From a candidate division WOR-3 bacterium (GTDB lineage Bacteria; Hydrothermota; Tepidihabitantia; Tepidihabitantales; DTDR01), in assembly GCA_039801885.1 (NCBI GenBank), contig JBDRVN010000001.1, forward strand, positions 4,586 to 68,585: 64,000 bases of DNA. Direction: 5' to 3'. The notes under the pieces were generated by a model. That model was not told where the DNA came from and ran no database searches. It saw nothing but the letters and a program-made list of their open reading frames with translations. A program made the translations under genes and the position numbers. This document shows, in pieces, positions 9,994 through 20,117 of this stretch. Numbering within the stretch: the first letter of the stretch is position 1; each line of letters starts with the position of its first letter.

Positions 9994-10676
9994 AAGATTT
10001 TAATTTTTCTAAAACCGACTTTTTTTAAAAGTTTAATTAGAGTTTTATATTCGTACCCTCTCTCCTGATGAATTTCTATAAAAAATTCCTTTTTATCTTT
10101 CAAATAGCATTTCAAATAAAGGGTAGAAATTTTTAACTTTTTATCAAATTTATTTTCCCAAAGGGTTTTTAAACTTTCACTTTCTCTTACAAATTTGTTA
10201 TTAGCCCAAAACTTTTCCAAAACAAAAATAGTATTCATATCAAAACTAAAAATTCCTTTTTCTTTTAAAAATTTATAAATTAAAGAAAAACATTTCTCTA
10301 AATCATCTTCTTTTAATAGATAATTAATACTGTCATAAAAAGATACAGCAGCATCAACTTGGATATCTAAATTAAAATTAGTAATATCACTTTCAACTAT
10401 TGTGAGATTATTTTTTAAATCCGGATAATTCTCTATTTTCTTTTTAAAAATATTAAGCATCTCTTCACTCTTATCCACACCGATAACTTGATAACCTTTT
10501 TTTAAAAGAATAATTGAAGGAATTCCTGTGCCACAAGCCAAGTCTAAAATAATCTTTGGTTTAAGATTAAAAAAATTCCAAATATCAATCACATATTCTA
10601 CCCAAGCATCATAATTTACCAATTTCAACATAAACTCATCATAAAATTGAGCAAATTTAGAAAAAGGTTTTTTCAT
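9927..10676 (-). CDS. Class I SAM-dependent methyltransferase
   Basis: LDLACGTGIPSIILLKKGYQVIGVDKSEEML is SAM-binding motif I (hxhDhGxGxG) followed by an acidic loop. Confidence 0.7.
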   Translation of the reverse strand: MKKPFSKFAQFYDEFMLKLVNYDAWVEYVIDIWNFFNLKPKIILDLACGTGIPSIILLKKGYQVIGVDKSEEMLNIFKKKIENYPDLKNNLTIVESDITNFNLDIQVDAAVSFYDSINYLLKEDDLEKCFSLIYKFLKEKGIFSFDMNTIFVLEKFWANNKFVRESESLKTLWENKFDKKLKISTLYLKCYLKDKKEFFIEIHQERGYEYKTLIKLLKKVGFRKIKIFQHLTFLPAKRDSLRVMFIALK

Positions 10677-10916
10677 TAATTATATTCTATAAGAAATAAA
10701 AGTAATTTTCAACTGTTGTTGCGATTTTAAAAAATTATTAACCCAATGACCTCTCTTAATACATTTACTATTTTATCTTGGTATTTTAAAAATTTTGACT
10801 ATATTATAATACAACTGGTTATTAAATGTTTTTGATGACATATTTGTTTATTAACGTTGGAAGGAATGTAAATTTTTGCGTGTAGAGTCTTTTGGTTATT
10901 CAATAATGAAACGGAA

Positions 10917-11177
10917 GTGAAAAAAAATACACAGGAAAAGAAAAATCCCTGTGGAGGGAATAATACGGGGTATGGCTATATGGTATCAATAATGCCTTTA
11001 TTAATGGGAATAATACTATGTTTATTAAAGGTAATAATAATCCCTTTATTAGTGTTAAAAATAATAAGATTATTAATGGCTTTAATAATAAGTCTATGTT
11101 TAAGAATTATATACCGCTTAAATGATTTATTAGGGATAGACTGGGAAGCAACACCGTCCAACAAAAAAAATAAATAA
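10917..11177 (+). CDS. Small hydrophobic repeat-containing ORF (paralogous element, copy 1); coding status uncertain
   Basis: 86-aa ORF with a GTG start. The internal 24-nt periodicity yields (IIxPLLxx)n in this frame, and the frame is conserved with copy 2 at 63142-63276. An alternative frame gives NNxFING repeats. Confidence 0.25.
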   Translation: MKKNTQEKKNPCGGNNTGYGYMVSIMPLLMGIILCLLKVIIIPLLVLKIIRLLMALIISLCLRIIYRLNDLLGIDWEATPSNKKNK

Positions 11178-11302
11178 AAGGTAAGATTAGAAACTAAAGA
11201 AATTCTTTGAATATTAAGCTCAAACCAAGAGACAACTGATTTATCTGTATGGCATGTAAATAGGAAACGGTTAAATCTATCTTAACCTGTTATTTAATTT
11301 TA

Positions 11303-11331
11303 TTGACTTTTTAAAAAAGATTAAGTAAAAT
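11303..11331 (+). promoter_or_regulatory. Sigma-70-like promoter TTGACT-17-TAAAAT upstream of the MGMT-like gene
   Basis: Read directly from the sequence: ttgact, a 17-nt spacer, then taaaat, about 20 nt upstream of the ATG at 11351. Confidence 0.35.
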
Positions 11332-11350
11332 TAAAAAGATTAATTTTTAA

Positions 11351-11629
11351 ATGACAAAATTTGCTCAAAAAGTTTTAGCAATTGTGAAAAAGATTCCCAA
11401 AGGTAAAGTGATGACTTATAAAGAAATTGCGATAAAATTAGGGGATAAAAATCTTGCACGAGCGATTGGTCAAATATTAAAAAGAAACCCTTATCCAATA
11501 GTTATCCCTTGCCATCGAGTAATAAGAAGCGATGGGAAAATTGGCGGTTATTCTTTAGGAATAGAAAAGAAAAAAGAACTATTAAGAAAAGAAGGAATTT
11601 TAATAGTTGGCAATAAAGTAATTAGATGA
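11351..11629 (+). CDS. MGMT-family protein (methylated-DNA-[protein]-cysteine S-methyltransferase DNA-binding/active-site domain only)
   Basis: 92 aa with the PCHRV active-site motif and an HTH region (MTYKEIAIKLG), sized like an Ogt C-terminal domain. Confidence 0.75.
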   Translation: MTKFAQKVLAIVKKIPKGKVMTYKEIAIKLGDKNLARAIGQILKRNPYPIVIPCHRVIRSDGKIGGYSLGIEKKKELLRKEGILIVGNKVIR

Positions 11630-12276
11630 GCAAAATTATTAGATTACAAGTTGGAGAAGTACTTACTAATACTTATATTATAAAATCTAAAGATGAAATT
11701 ATAATAATTGATCCGGCTTTTGATAGTGAAAAAATTATAAAAGAGATTAAGAATCTGAAAGGATGTGTTAAATATATTATTAACACCCACGGACATATTG
11801 ACCATATCAGCAGTAATAATGATTTATTAAAAGAATTCAATTGCCAGTTATTAATTCATGAATTGGATAGCAAATTATTAACTTCACCCGGCAGAAATCT
11901 ATCTCTTCTTTTTGGTTATTCCTATGTCTCTCGTAATGCTGATCTATTACTAAGAGATGGTGATATAGTAAAAATTGGTGATTTAGAATTAAAAGTAATC
12001 CATACACCAGGACATACTGAAGGAAGTATTTCTTTATATGGCAATGGATTTATTTTTACCGGCGATACCCTTTTTTATGATTCTATTGGTCGCACTGATT
12101 TTCCTGGTGGCAATGAAAGAAAACTTTTTGAATCATTGAAAAAATTAACTAAGATAATAAAAGATGAACAAATAGTCTATCCGGGTCACGGAGAATTTGG
12201 TAATTTTTATAAAATTAAAAAAATTAACCCTTTTTTAAAATTATTTGAGGAGGAAGTATGGCAAAAATCAGAGTAG
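11626..12276 (+). CDS. MBL-fold metallo-hydrolase (glyoxalase II-like)
   Basis: A HxHxDH motif (NTHGHIDH), plus downstream His and Asp ligands ([14 protein letters not shown]). Confidence 0.75.
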   Translation: MSKIIRLQVGEVLTNTYIIKSKDEIIIIDPAFDSEKIIKEIKNLKGCVKYIINTHGHIDHISSNNDLLKEFNCQLLIHELDSKLLTSPGRNLSLLFGYSYVSRNADLLLRDGDIVKIGDLELKVIHTPGHTEGSISLYGNGFIFTGDTLFYDSIGRTDFPGGNERKLFESLKKLTKIIKDEQIVYPGHGEFGNFYKIKKINPFLKLFEEEVWQKSE

Positions 12277-13346
12277 CAATTATTGGTGTTGGTAATTGTG
12301 CTTCTAGTTTAGTTCAAGGAGTATATTATTACAAAAATGCTAAAGAGGGAGATTTCATACCGGGAATAATGCATGTGAATCTTGGTGGTTATCATATTTC
12401 TGATATTGAATTTACTGTCGGAATTGATATTGACAAAAGGAAAGTAGGAAAGGATTTAGCCCAAGCGATTTTTACCTATCCTAATAATACTTATAAATTT
12501 TGCGATGTTCCAAAGTTAAATGTAAAAGTAGTCCGCGGAATGACCCATGATGGTTTAGGATATTATCTTTCTCAAATTATTGAGAAAGCACCCGGACCAA
12601 CTGCTGATATTGTCGGAATTTTAAAAGAAACCAAAACTGATGTCGTAGTGAATTTTCTACCGGTAGGAAGTGAAGAGGCAACAAAATGGTATGTGGAACA
12701 GACATTAAAAGCAAAGTGTGCTTTTGTCAACTGTATTCCGGTATTTATTGCTTCGGAAAAATATTGGCAAAATCGTTTTAAGGAAGCAAAATTACCAGTT
12801 ATCGGTGACGATATTAAATCCCAAGTAGGAGCCACTATTGTCCATCGAGTCTTATCCAACCTTTTTATTGAAAGAGGAGTGAAAATTGAAAGAACAAGTC
12901 AATTAAATGTTGGTGGTAACACTGATTTTCTAAATATGTTAGAACGTTCCCGGTTGCAGTCTAAAAAAATTTCTAAAACCAGAGCAGTAACTTCTTTAAT
13001 ACCCTATGATATTGGTGAAGAAAATATTTATATCGGACCTTCTGATTATGTTGCTTGGTTAAAAGATAGAAAATGGGCTTATATTCGAATTGAAGGAAGA
13101 ACTTTTGGTGATGTTCCTTTAAACTTAGAATTAAAATTAGAAGTCTGGGATTCGCCAAATTCTGCTGGAGTAGTAATTGATGCTATTCGGTGCGCAAAAT
13201 TAGCATTAGATAATAATCTGAGCGGCGCGATCGTTGAGCCTTCTTGTTACTTTATGAAAACACCACCAAAACAGATACCCGACCATATTGCCCGCGAAAA
13301 ATTAGAACAATTTATTAAAAAATACGGCTTAAAATCTAAAAAATAA
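12258..13346 (+). CDS. ino1: Inositol-3-phosphate synthase (myo-inositol-1-phosphate synthase, bacterial/archaeal type)
   Basis: The N-terminus [22 protein letters not shown] closely matches mycobacterial Ino1 ([22 protein letters not shown]). 362 aa with a good RBS (GAGGAGG). Confidence 0.8.
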   Translation: MAKIRVAIIGVGNCASSLVQGVYYYKNAKEGDFIPGIMHVNLGGYHISDIEFTVGIDIDKRKVGKDLAQAIFTYPNNTYKFCDVPKLNVKVVRGMTHDGLGYYLSQIIEKAPGPTADIVGILKETKTDVVVNFLPVGSEEATKWYVEQTLKAKCAFVNCIPVFIASEKYWQNRFKEAKLPVIGDDIKSQVGATIVHRVLSNLFIERGVKIERTSQLNVGGNTDFLNMLERSRLQSKKISKTRAVTSLIPYDIGEENIYIGPSDYVAWLKDRKWAYIRIEGRTFGDVPLNLELKLEVWDSPNSAGVVIDAIRCAKLALDNNLSGAIVEPSCYFMKTPPKQIPDHIAREKLEQFIKKYGLKSKK

Positions 13347-13348
13347 AA

Positions 13349-13981
13349 TTGCCCGGCATTTTAATAACTTTTGAAGGAATTGAAAGATGTGGTAAGACAA
13401 CACAGGCAAAATTACTTTATGAATATCTAAAGCAAAAAGGGATTCCGTGTATATTAGTTCATGAACCGGGAGGAACAAAGATTGGCGAAGAAATCAGAAA
13501 AATTCTTCTTGATAAAAAAAACATTAAAATGAGCCCAAAAACTGAATTTTTTTTATACCTGGCTGCTCGGGCTCAATTATTAGCAGAAATTATTTTTCCT
13601 TCCCTTCAAGAAGGGAAAGTAGTAATTTGCGATCGGTTTAGCGATTCCACATTAGCCTATCAAGGCGGTGGTCGGAATTTAAGCTTAGAAAAAATAAGTC
13701 AGATTAACAGATATGCTACTGATAAATTAAAACCAAATCTTACTATTCTTATTGATATACCTGTTTCAATAAGTCAAGAGAGAATTAAAAAAGAAGAAAA
13801 AGACCGCTTAGAAAAAGAAGATGAAGAATTTCATAAAAGAGTAAGGAATACCTATCTTTTTTTAGCCAAACGAGCACCCAAAAGGATAAAAATTTTTGAA
13901 GGAGATAAGAGTATTGAAGATTTGCATTTGGAAATCAGAACAAAAGTAATTCAATTTTTAGCAAAAGAAGGAGTAATATGA
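13349..13981 (+). CDS. tmk: Thymidylate kinase
   Basis: A P-loop (ITFEGIERCGKTTQ) and DR(F/Y) motif (CDRFSDS) typical of dTMP kinase; 210 aa. Confidence 0.85.
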   Translation: MPGILITFEGIERCGKTTQAKLLYEYLKQKGIPCILVHEPGGTKIGEEIRKILLDKKNIKMSPKTEFFLYLAARAQLLAEIIFPSLQEGKVVICDRFSDSTLAYQGGGRNLSLEKISQINRYATDKLKPNLTILIDIPVSISQERIKKEEKDRLEKEDEEFHKRVRNTYLFLAKRAPKRIKIFEGDKSIEDLHLEIRTKVIQFLAKEGVI

Positions 13982-15507
13982 ATAAAAATAAAAAAATTAT
14001 TATTGTTTTAATTATTTTTATTATTGCTTTAATATTTTCTTATTTAGGAACAAATCTTTGGGCGCAAAGGCAAAATGTTTTTCAATCTCTTCAAACCTTT
14101 TCTAAAATTCTTGATATTATCATTAGAGATTATGTAGAAGAAACAGATACGGAAGATTTGATAAAATCAGCAATTGATGGAATGTTAAATTCTTTAGACC
14201 CTTATACTCAATATTTAACCGAAGAAGAATATAAAGATTTAAGAATTAAAACCGAAGCTCAATTTGGGGGAATCGGAATTCAAATTGGTATGCAAGAAAA
14301 TCAATTAACCGTAATTTCACCTATCGAAGGAACTCCGGCTTATCGGGCGGGAATAATTGCTGGAGATAAAATAATTAAAATTGACGATGTTTCAACCGAA
14401 GGAATCTCCTTAGAAGAAGCGGTTAAAAAATTAAGAGGTGAGCCAGGAACAAAAGTAAAAGTAACGATAAAACGAGAAGGGGTAGAGGAAGAATTTAATT
14501 TTATTTTAATAAGAGAAATTATTAAGATTCACGCAATCCCTTATGCCGGCAAAATTGATGAAGAGATCGGCTATATCCGTTTAGCTGATTTTTCAAACTT
14601 AGCAGAGGAAGAATTAAAAAATACTTTGGACTCTCTTTTTGGTAAAGAAAAAATAAAAAAATTGATTTTTGATTTAAGATCAAACTCCGGTGGTCTATTG
14701 CAAGAAGGCGTTAATGTAGCAAGTTCTTTCTTAGAAAAAAATAATCTTGTGGTAAAAGTAAAAGGGAGAAATCCGGAAACGGAAAGAGATTTTTATGTAT
14801 GGGAAGAATCTAAATATAAAAATTATCCAATGGTTGTCCTTGTTGACCGAGGAAGTGCCTCGGCTACTGAAATTGTTACCGGTGCTTTACAAGATTACGA
14901 AAGAGCATTGATAATTGGCGAAACTACTTTTGGTAAAGGGTCTGTTCAGAATATTCGTCCCTTAGATAATAACACTGCTCTTAAAATTACTACTGCTTAT
15001 TGGTATACCCCCAGTGGTCGTTGTATTCATAAAAGAATAAAAAAAGATTCCTTAAAAGAAATTAAAAAGACTTATCGTACGCTTGGTAAAATGAAACGAG
15101 AAATTTATGGCGGCGGCGGAATTGCTCCAGATATTTATTTGCCTTACCAAACTCTTTCTAAATTAATGACCAAACTACGTCAAGAAAATGTTTTCTTCAA
15201 ATTTGCTGTAAAGTATTATTCCGAACATAAAGAATTAAAATTGCCGATTATTGTTACCAAAGATTTAATCGAAAAAGAATTTATACCTTATTTAAAAGAA
15301 AAGAAAATTGAATTTAATGAAGAAGAAATATGGAAAAACGAAGAAGAAATAAAAAGAGATTTATCAATTGAGCTTGCTGAGAAGATCGGTGGACTTAGAG
15401 CAAGATATGAAACCATTCTTAAATTTGACCCTCACATAAAGAAAGCTATTGAATTATTAAAGAAAACCTCCTCTCAGGAAGAACTTTTTAAAATTAGTTT
15501 AAGATAA
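13978..15507 (+). CDS. ctpA: Carboxyl-terminal processing protease (S41 family, PDZ domain)
   Basis: A PDZ domain (GIGIQIG...AGIIAGDKIIKID) and an S41 catalytic region (LVDRGSASATEIVTGALQDY, GETTFGKGSVQ) with an N-terminal TM. Confidence 0.85.
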   Translation: MNKNKKIIIVLIIFIIALIFSYLGTNLWAQRQNVFQSLQTFSKILDIIIRDYVEETDTEDLIKSAIDGMLNSLDPYTQYLTEEEYKDLRIKTEAQFGGIGIQIGMQENQLTVISPIEGTPAYRAGIIAGDKIIKIDDVSTEGISLEEAVKKLRGEPGTKVKVTIKREGVEEEFNFILIREIIKIHAIPYAGKIDEEIGYIRLADFSNLAEEELKNTLDSLFGKEKIKKLIFDLRSNSGGLLQEGVNVASSFLEKNNLVVKVKGRNPETERDFYVWEESKYKNYPMVVLVDRGSASATEIVTGALQDYERALIIGETTFGKGSVQNIRPLDNNTALKITTAYWYTPSGRCIHKRIKKDSLKEIKKTYRTLGKMKREIYGGGGIAPDIYLPYQTLSKLMTKLRQENVFFKFAVKYYSEHKELKLPIIVTKDLIEKEFIPYLKEKKIEFNEEEIWKNEEEIKRDLSIELAEKIGGLRARYETILKFDPHIKKAIELLKKTSSQEELFKISLR

Positions 15508-16869
15508 ATAATTTTTCTTCACATAATCTATAGCATCTTCTTTTTTTTTAATTTTTCCTTCTAAATATAAATCTTCTATTTCTTGAAGAATTTTTTTAAA
15601 AATTGGACCCGGCTTTAATCCTAAATCAATCAGGTCGTATCCACTGATTAATCTTATTTTCTTTTTCTCTTCTTCCTCTTTTCTTTTTAATTTAATCATT
15701 CTTTTTATTGCCTTTTCTAAATGTTTAGTATAGCCAGCAGTAGCATAACCGTCAGCATAAGTAAGAATCATTAGTCCAAAGGCATAATTTCCTAAATCAC
15801 GAAAAAATCTTCTTATTGCCCGGTCGGTTAAAACGGGTGCTGAAGATAAAAGATGAAGACGCATATGATAAAATATCAATTTAGTAATATGTTGAATATC
15901 ATCATTAGATAGTTTTAAATCTTTTAAAACCTTCTTCATAATTTTTGAGCCAACTGTTTCGTGTCCATAAAAATGGACTTCTCCATTTTCACTATTTTTT
16001 ATTGTCAGTGGTTTAGCAACATCATGAAATAATCCCGCCAATTTTAAGACTTCTTTACTATGAGATATTGAAAAATATTCTTTCCATTCTTTTTGGAACT
16101 GACCAAAAAACTCCTGATTAGCAATAATCTCTTCAATTTTTTTGTAGGTTTTTAAAGAATGGTTTACTAAATATTTTTCTTCAAAAAAAGGATAATTTAA
16201 AGGGAAAATTTGCGCTAAAAGTTTTATCTCATAAAGTTTTTTAATATAAGGATAACTTTTATCGGTTGCTAAAATTCGAAAAAATTCGTAACTTATTCTT
16301 TCCTTTGCCACATTGCTCAACGAGATTTTTTTACCAATTTCAAAAATCTTTTTGTCAATCTTAAAACTTAATTCACAGGCAAATCTCATTGCTCTTAATA
16401 TCCTTAACGGATCCTGATAAAGTACCAAATTATTAGTTAAACGAATCTTTTTATTTTTCAAATCTTTTATTCCATTAAAAGGGTCAATTAACTTCTTTTC
16501 TTTAAAAGAAAAGGCAATAGCATTTATCGTAAAATCTCTTTCCGAAAGGTCATCGATAATTGTTTTTTTATTAAGACCTTTAAAATCAAAAATGGTTTTA
16601 TAAGCCACGACTCTTGCCTCATCATCTGCTTCCGATAAAATAATAAGTTTACCTTTTATTTTCTCTCCGAAAATTTTTGCTCCCTTTATTCCACTATCGT
16701 TCACTATAAAATCAAAATCAACAGGTTCTTTATCTAAAATAATATCTCGGATAGTTCCGCCTACTAAATAAAAATCACTTTTTTTATAAATTTGGGAAAG
16801 AATTTCTACCCCTTTATTCAAAATTGGCTGTTTTTTTATATAATCAATTATTTTTCTAAGTTCTTCCAT
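15499..16869 (-). CDS. cca: CCA-adding tRNA nucleotidyltransferase with HD domain
   Basis: A polyA-polymerase head domain (FYLVGGTIRDIILDKEPVDFDFIV), a PcnB/CCA RNA-binding region, and an HD domain (HDVAKP); 456 aa. Confidence 0.8.
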   Translation of the reverse strand: MEELRKIIDYIKKQPILNKGVEILSQIYKKSDFYLVGGTIRDIILDKEPVDFDFIVNDSGIKGAKIFGEKIKGKLIILSEADDEARVVAYKTIFDFKGLNKKTIIDDLSERDFTINAIAFSFKEKKLIDPFNGIKDLKNKKIRLTNNLVLYQDPLRILRAMRFACELSFKIDKKIFEIGKKISLSNVAKERISYEFFRILATDKSYPYIKKLYEIKLLAQIFPLNYPFFEEKYLVNHSLKTYKKIEEIIANQEFFGQFQKEWKEYFSISHSKEVLKLAGLFHDVAKPLTIKNSENGEVHFYGHETVGSKIMKKVLKDLKLSNDDIQHITKLIFYHMRLHLLSSAPVLTDRAIRRFFRDLGNYAFGLMILTYADGYATAGYTKHLEKAIKRMIKLKRKEEEEKKKIRLISGYDLIDLGLKPGPIFKKILQEIEDLYLEGKIKKKEDAIDYVKKNYLS

Positions 16870-18163
16870 ACCAATAAATCAAAGAAGGCAATTTAGGTCC
16901 TTCTTCTTTTATTAAAATTACCTCTTTTAATCTTCTTTTTACTTCTTTTAATTTTTCTTTATCATTGGCGTGAATTTCTAATATAGGCTCTCCTCTTTCT
17001 ACTTTTTCTCCAAGTTTTTTAGCAAAAATAAAACCAACAGAATAATCAATTTCATCTTCAATTTTTGTTCGTCCACCACCTAAAAAATTACAAAGAAATC
17101 CTATTTTTTTAGTATCAATATAAAAAATATAACCTTTTTGCGGAGCAAGATAATATTCTTGGTATTTTGCTTTTGGTAATAAATTATAATTCTCAATTAT
17201 CGCTTCTTCTCCACCTTGATTTTTTATCATCTCTTGAAATTTTCTCAAAGGCTTTCCTTCTTTAATTAATTTATTTAGTAGCTCTTCTAATCTCTCTTCA
17301 CTTTTAATAAGTTTGGTTCTTAGAAGAAATTCTTTTGCGAAAGTAAATACAATCTCTTTCAAATCTACCAGTTGGTCGCCCTTTAAAAATTCAATTGCTT
17401 CTATCACCTCTAAACTATTTCCTATTGCTTTACCTAATGGCTGGTTCATATCAGTGATAAAAACACTTATTTTCTTTTTTATTAATCTTCCAATCTTTAT
17501 TATCGTTTCGGCTAACTTTTTAGCTTCAGCAAATTTTTCTAAAAAGGCACCATTTCCGGTTTTTATGTCCAATAATAAAAAATTTATTCCTTCTGCCAAT
17601 TTTTTACTCATAATACTCGCAGTAATAAGAGGGATTGATTCAATAGTAGATGTCGCATCACGGAGAGAGTATAAATATTTATCCGCGGAAACGAGATCTT
17701 CCGTTTGTTTGGCAATAAAAAATCCGATATTTTCGATTGCCTCTTTGCATTCCTCATAAGTAAGTTTTGTTTTAAAATTTGGTATAGAAGATAGCTTATC
17801 AATCGTGCCACCGGTATGGCCTAAGGATTTACCAGCAATCATTGGGATTTTAAATCCTAAAGCAGCCAAAATCGGAGTTAAAATCAAAGAAACTTTATCA
17901 CCCACTCCGCCGGTAGAATGTTTATCAACTACATATTTTTCTTTAAATTTAAAAATTTTGCCGGATTTCATCATTGCTAAAGTTAAATTAGTGATTTCTT
18001 TAAAATTCAAGCCTTGAAAATAAATTGCCATTAAGAAAGCAGAAGCTTGGTAATCAGGAATTTTTTTATTTATTAAATTTTTAATAAAAAATTCAATTTC
18101 TTTCTTAGTCAACTCTAATCCATCTCTTTTTTTTCTAATTAAAGAAAGAAAATTAATTTCCAT
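16856..18163 (-). CDS. pdp: Pyrimidine-nucleoside (thymidine) phosphorylase
   Basis: A glycosyl-transferase family 3 N-terminus, KHSTGGVGDK and SLGHTGGTIDKL motifs, and a C-terminal PYNP domain; 435 aa. Confidence 0.85.
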   Translation of the reverse strand: MEINFLSLIRKKRDGLELTKKEIEFFIKNLINKKIPDYQASAFLMAIYFQGLNFKEITNLTLAMMKSGKIFKFKEKYVVDKHSTGGVGDKVSLILTPILAALGFKIPMIAGKSLGHTGGTIDKLSSIPNFKTKLTYEECKEAIENIGFFIAKQTEDLVSADKYLYSLRDATSTIESIPLITASIMSKKLAEGINFLLLDIKTGNGAFLEKFAEAKKLAETIIKIGRLIKKKISVFITDMNQPLGKAIGNSLEVIEAIEFLKGDQLVDLKEIVFTFAKEFLLRTKLIKSEERLEELLNKLIKEGKPLRKFQEMIKNQGGEEAIIENYNLLPKAKYQEYYLAPQKGYIFYIDTKKIGFLCNFLGGGRTKIEDEIDYSVGFIFAKKLGEKVERGEPILEIHANDKEKLKEVKRRLKEVILIKEEGPKLPSLIYWYGRT

Positions 18164-18237
18164 TTTATATTATAATTTAAGACTTGTGTTTTTTCAAATT
18201 TTGACATTTAGCAAATTTTTATTATGATTAATAAATA

Positions 18238-18693
18238 ATGATAAGGAATAAAATAACTAAGAAGCGATTAGATAAAGGACCGATAGCAATTATTGAATGT
18301 CCCGAAAAAATACCGTGCAATCCCTGTGTAAACTCTTGTCCGAAAGGAGCAATTGTTATTGAAGATTCTTTAATTGAAATTCCCAAAATTGATTACGAAA
18401 AATGTGTTGGCTGTTTTTTATGCATTCCTAAATGCCCAGGGTTAGCAATCTTTGGAGTTCACTATAATTACACAAAGAAGGAAAGTTTACTTTTTCTACC
18501 TTATGAATTTTTACCAAGACCTAAAAAAGGAGATATTCTGTGGGGACTTGATCGTAATGGCAAAAAGGTTTGTAAGGTAACTGTTGAGAAAGTTATTGAA
18601 AATCCTAATTTTAATCGCTGTGCTATCATCCAAATCAGAGTAAAAAAGAAATATTTCGATAAAATTCAGATGATTAGTTATGAAAAAAAATAA
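18238..18693 (+). CDS. 4Fe-4S dicluster ferredoxin-domain protein (putative electron-transfer subunit of an FAD-dependent dehydrogenase)
   Basis: Two Cys clusters, CNPCVNSCP and CVGCFLCIPKCP; 151 aa; co-oriented with the next two genes. Confidence 0.65.
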   Translation: MIRNKITKKRLDKGPIAIIECPEKIPCNPCVNSCPKGAIVIEDSLIEIPKIDYEKCVGCFLCIPKCPGLAIFGVHYNYTKKESLLFLPYEFLPRPKKGDILWGLDRNGKKVCKVTVEKVIENPNFNRCAIIQIRVKKKYFDKIQMISYEKK

Positions 18694-18949
18694 TTTTATT
18701 ATTTGTCGGTGTGAAGATATCACTTATAAAGAAATTGAAGATTTAATTAAAAAAGGTTTTACTTTGGAAGAGATTAAAAAATTGACACGGTGTGGAATGG
18801 GGTATTGCCAAGGAAGAACTTGTTTTAACATTCTTATTCGTTTATTAAATCTCTGCGAACAAAATCTTATTCCTAAAAAAAGGCCGCCTTTAAAACCTAT
18901 CGCTATTAAAGAGATTATAAAATATTTTGAAAATGAAAAACAGCTTTGA
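18680..18949 (+). CDS. (2Fe-2S)-binding BFD-like domain protein
   Basis: 89 aa with the BFD-like Cys pattern CRCEDITYKEI...CGMGYCQGRTC. Confidence 0.65.
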   Translation: MKKNNFIICRCEDITYKEIEDLIKKGFTLEEIKKLTRCGMGYCQGRTCFNILIRLLNLCEQNLIPKKRPPLKPIAIKEIIKYFENEKQL

Positions 18950-20066
18950 TGCAGTAATTATTGGTGCTGGAGTAATTGGTGCGGCTACCGCATATTATTT
19001 GACTGAATTAGGATTAAAAGTGGCAATTATTGAAAAAGATTATCCCACCGCCGGTTCTACAAGTAGATGCATCGGCGGTGTTCGCCAACAATTTGCTCAC
19101 CCACCAACAATCCAGTTAATGATTCAATCAGTAAAGTTATTAACCGAATATCAGAATGATTTAAAATGGAATATCGAATGGTATCAAGGCGGATATCTTT
19201 TTTTAGCTCATTCGGAAGAAAAAAAAGAAAGTTACCTAAAAGCAATAGCTATTCAAAAAGAATTTAATTTACCAGTAAGTTTTTTATCTCCCGAAGAATG
19301 TCAAAAAATTGTTCCGGAATTAAATTTAGAAGGACTTTTAGGCGGTGTTTTTTGCCCAACGGATGGCCAAGTTAATCCTTTTAAATTAACTTTTAATTAT
19401 TTAAATGAGATAAAAAAGAAGAAAGGCAAACTTTATAATTTTCAAAAAGTTATCAAAATTGAAATCAAAAATTCAAAAGTAATTGGGTTAAAAACCAATA
19501 AAAATGAATATTTTTCTTCACCAATAATTATCAACTGTGCTGGACCTTTTGCTAAAGAAGTTGGGAAATTAGTAAATTTAGATATTCCAATAGAACCAGA
19601 AAGACACGAAGCAATTGTGACAGAAAAAATTGATAAATCTTTTCCCTGTATGATTGTTGATTATCGAGAAGACGGTTGCTATTTTGTTCAAAAACATACT
19701 ACAGGAAATATTGTTGGTTGTTATACACCAATACCTAATATCCCAGGTTATTCTTTAGATTCTTCTTTTGAATTTTTTATTGAAATGTCAAGAAGAATGG
19801 TAAGAATAATCCCTAAATTAAAAGAAATAAGAATTTTACGCCAATGGGCAGGAAGCTATGAAATGACTCCGGATGGTAATCCAATTGTTGGTGAAACCCC
19901 GATTGAAGGATTTTATCTAAATTGTGGAATGTGTGGGCACGGTTTGATGTTTGCTCCAGCGATTGGTAAAGCTTTGGCTTATTATATTGTAAAAAAAGAA
20001 TTTATATTGCCTTTAAAGGATTTTTCTCTTTTTCGAGATTTTTCTAAAAAAGAAGTAATGAAATAA
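18927..20066 (+). CDS. FAD-dependent oxidoreductase (DadA / sarcosine-oxidase-beta / proline-dehydrogenase-like)
   Basis: An N-terminal Rossmann fold (DAVIIGAGVIGAATAYYL) and DAO-family length (379 aa), with a C-terminal HGLMFAPAIG region. Confidence 0.75.
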   Translation: MKMKNSFDAVIIGAGVIGAATAYYLTELGLKVAIIEKDYPTAGSTSRCIGGVRQQFAHPPTIQLMIQSVKLLTEYQNDLKWNIEWYQGGYLFLAHSEEKKESYLKAIAIQKEFNLPVSFLSPEECQKIVPELNLEGLLGGVFCPTDGQVNPFKLTFNYLNEIKKKKGKLYNFQKVIKIEIKNSKVIGLKTNKNEYFSSPIIINCAGPFAKEVGKLVNLDIPIEPERHEAIVTEKIDKSFPCMIVDYREDGCYFVQKHTTGNIVGCYTPIPNIPGYSLDSSFEFFIEMSRRMVRIIPKLKEIRILRQWAGSYEMTPDGNPIVGETPIEGFYLNCGMCGHGLMFAPAIGKALAYYIVKKEFILPLKDFSLFRDFSKKEVMK

Positions 20067-20117
20067 ATATTGATTTTTATGAAAAAAATATTTATAATAA
20101 CTAATTAAGGAGGAAAA

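Noticed and set aside
10988-11110. The Asn-rich (NNxFING)n reading frame of repeat copy 1 as a protein
   Set aside because: It has no start codon in that frame in copy 1 and terminates quickly after the repeats in both copies. The hydrophobic frame is the one that stays open and similar. I keep it as an alternative in the finding rather than annotating it.
12572-19245. Antisense or internal small ORFs from the six-frame track: 12572-12859(-), 12973-13158(-), 17313-17759(+), 17608-17811(-), 17805-18017(+), 18511-18723(-), 19057-19245(-)
   Set aside because: Each lies wholly inside a well-supported gene on the other strand (ino1, pdp, the ferredoxin and FAD oxidoreductase genes), so they are spurious for the same reasons.
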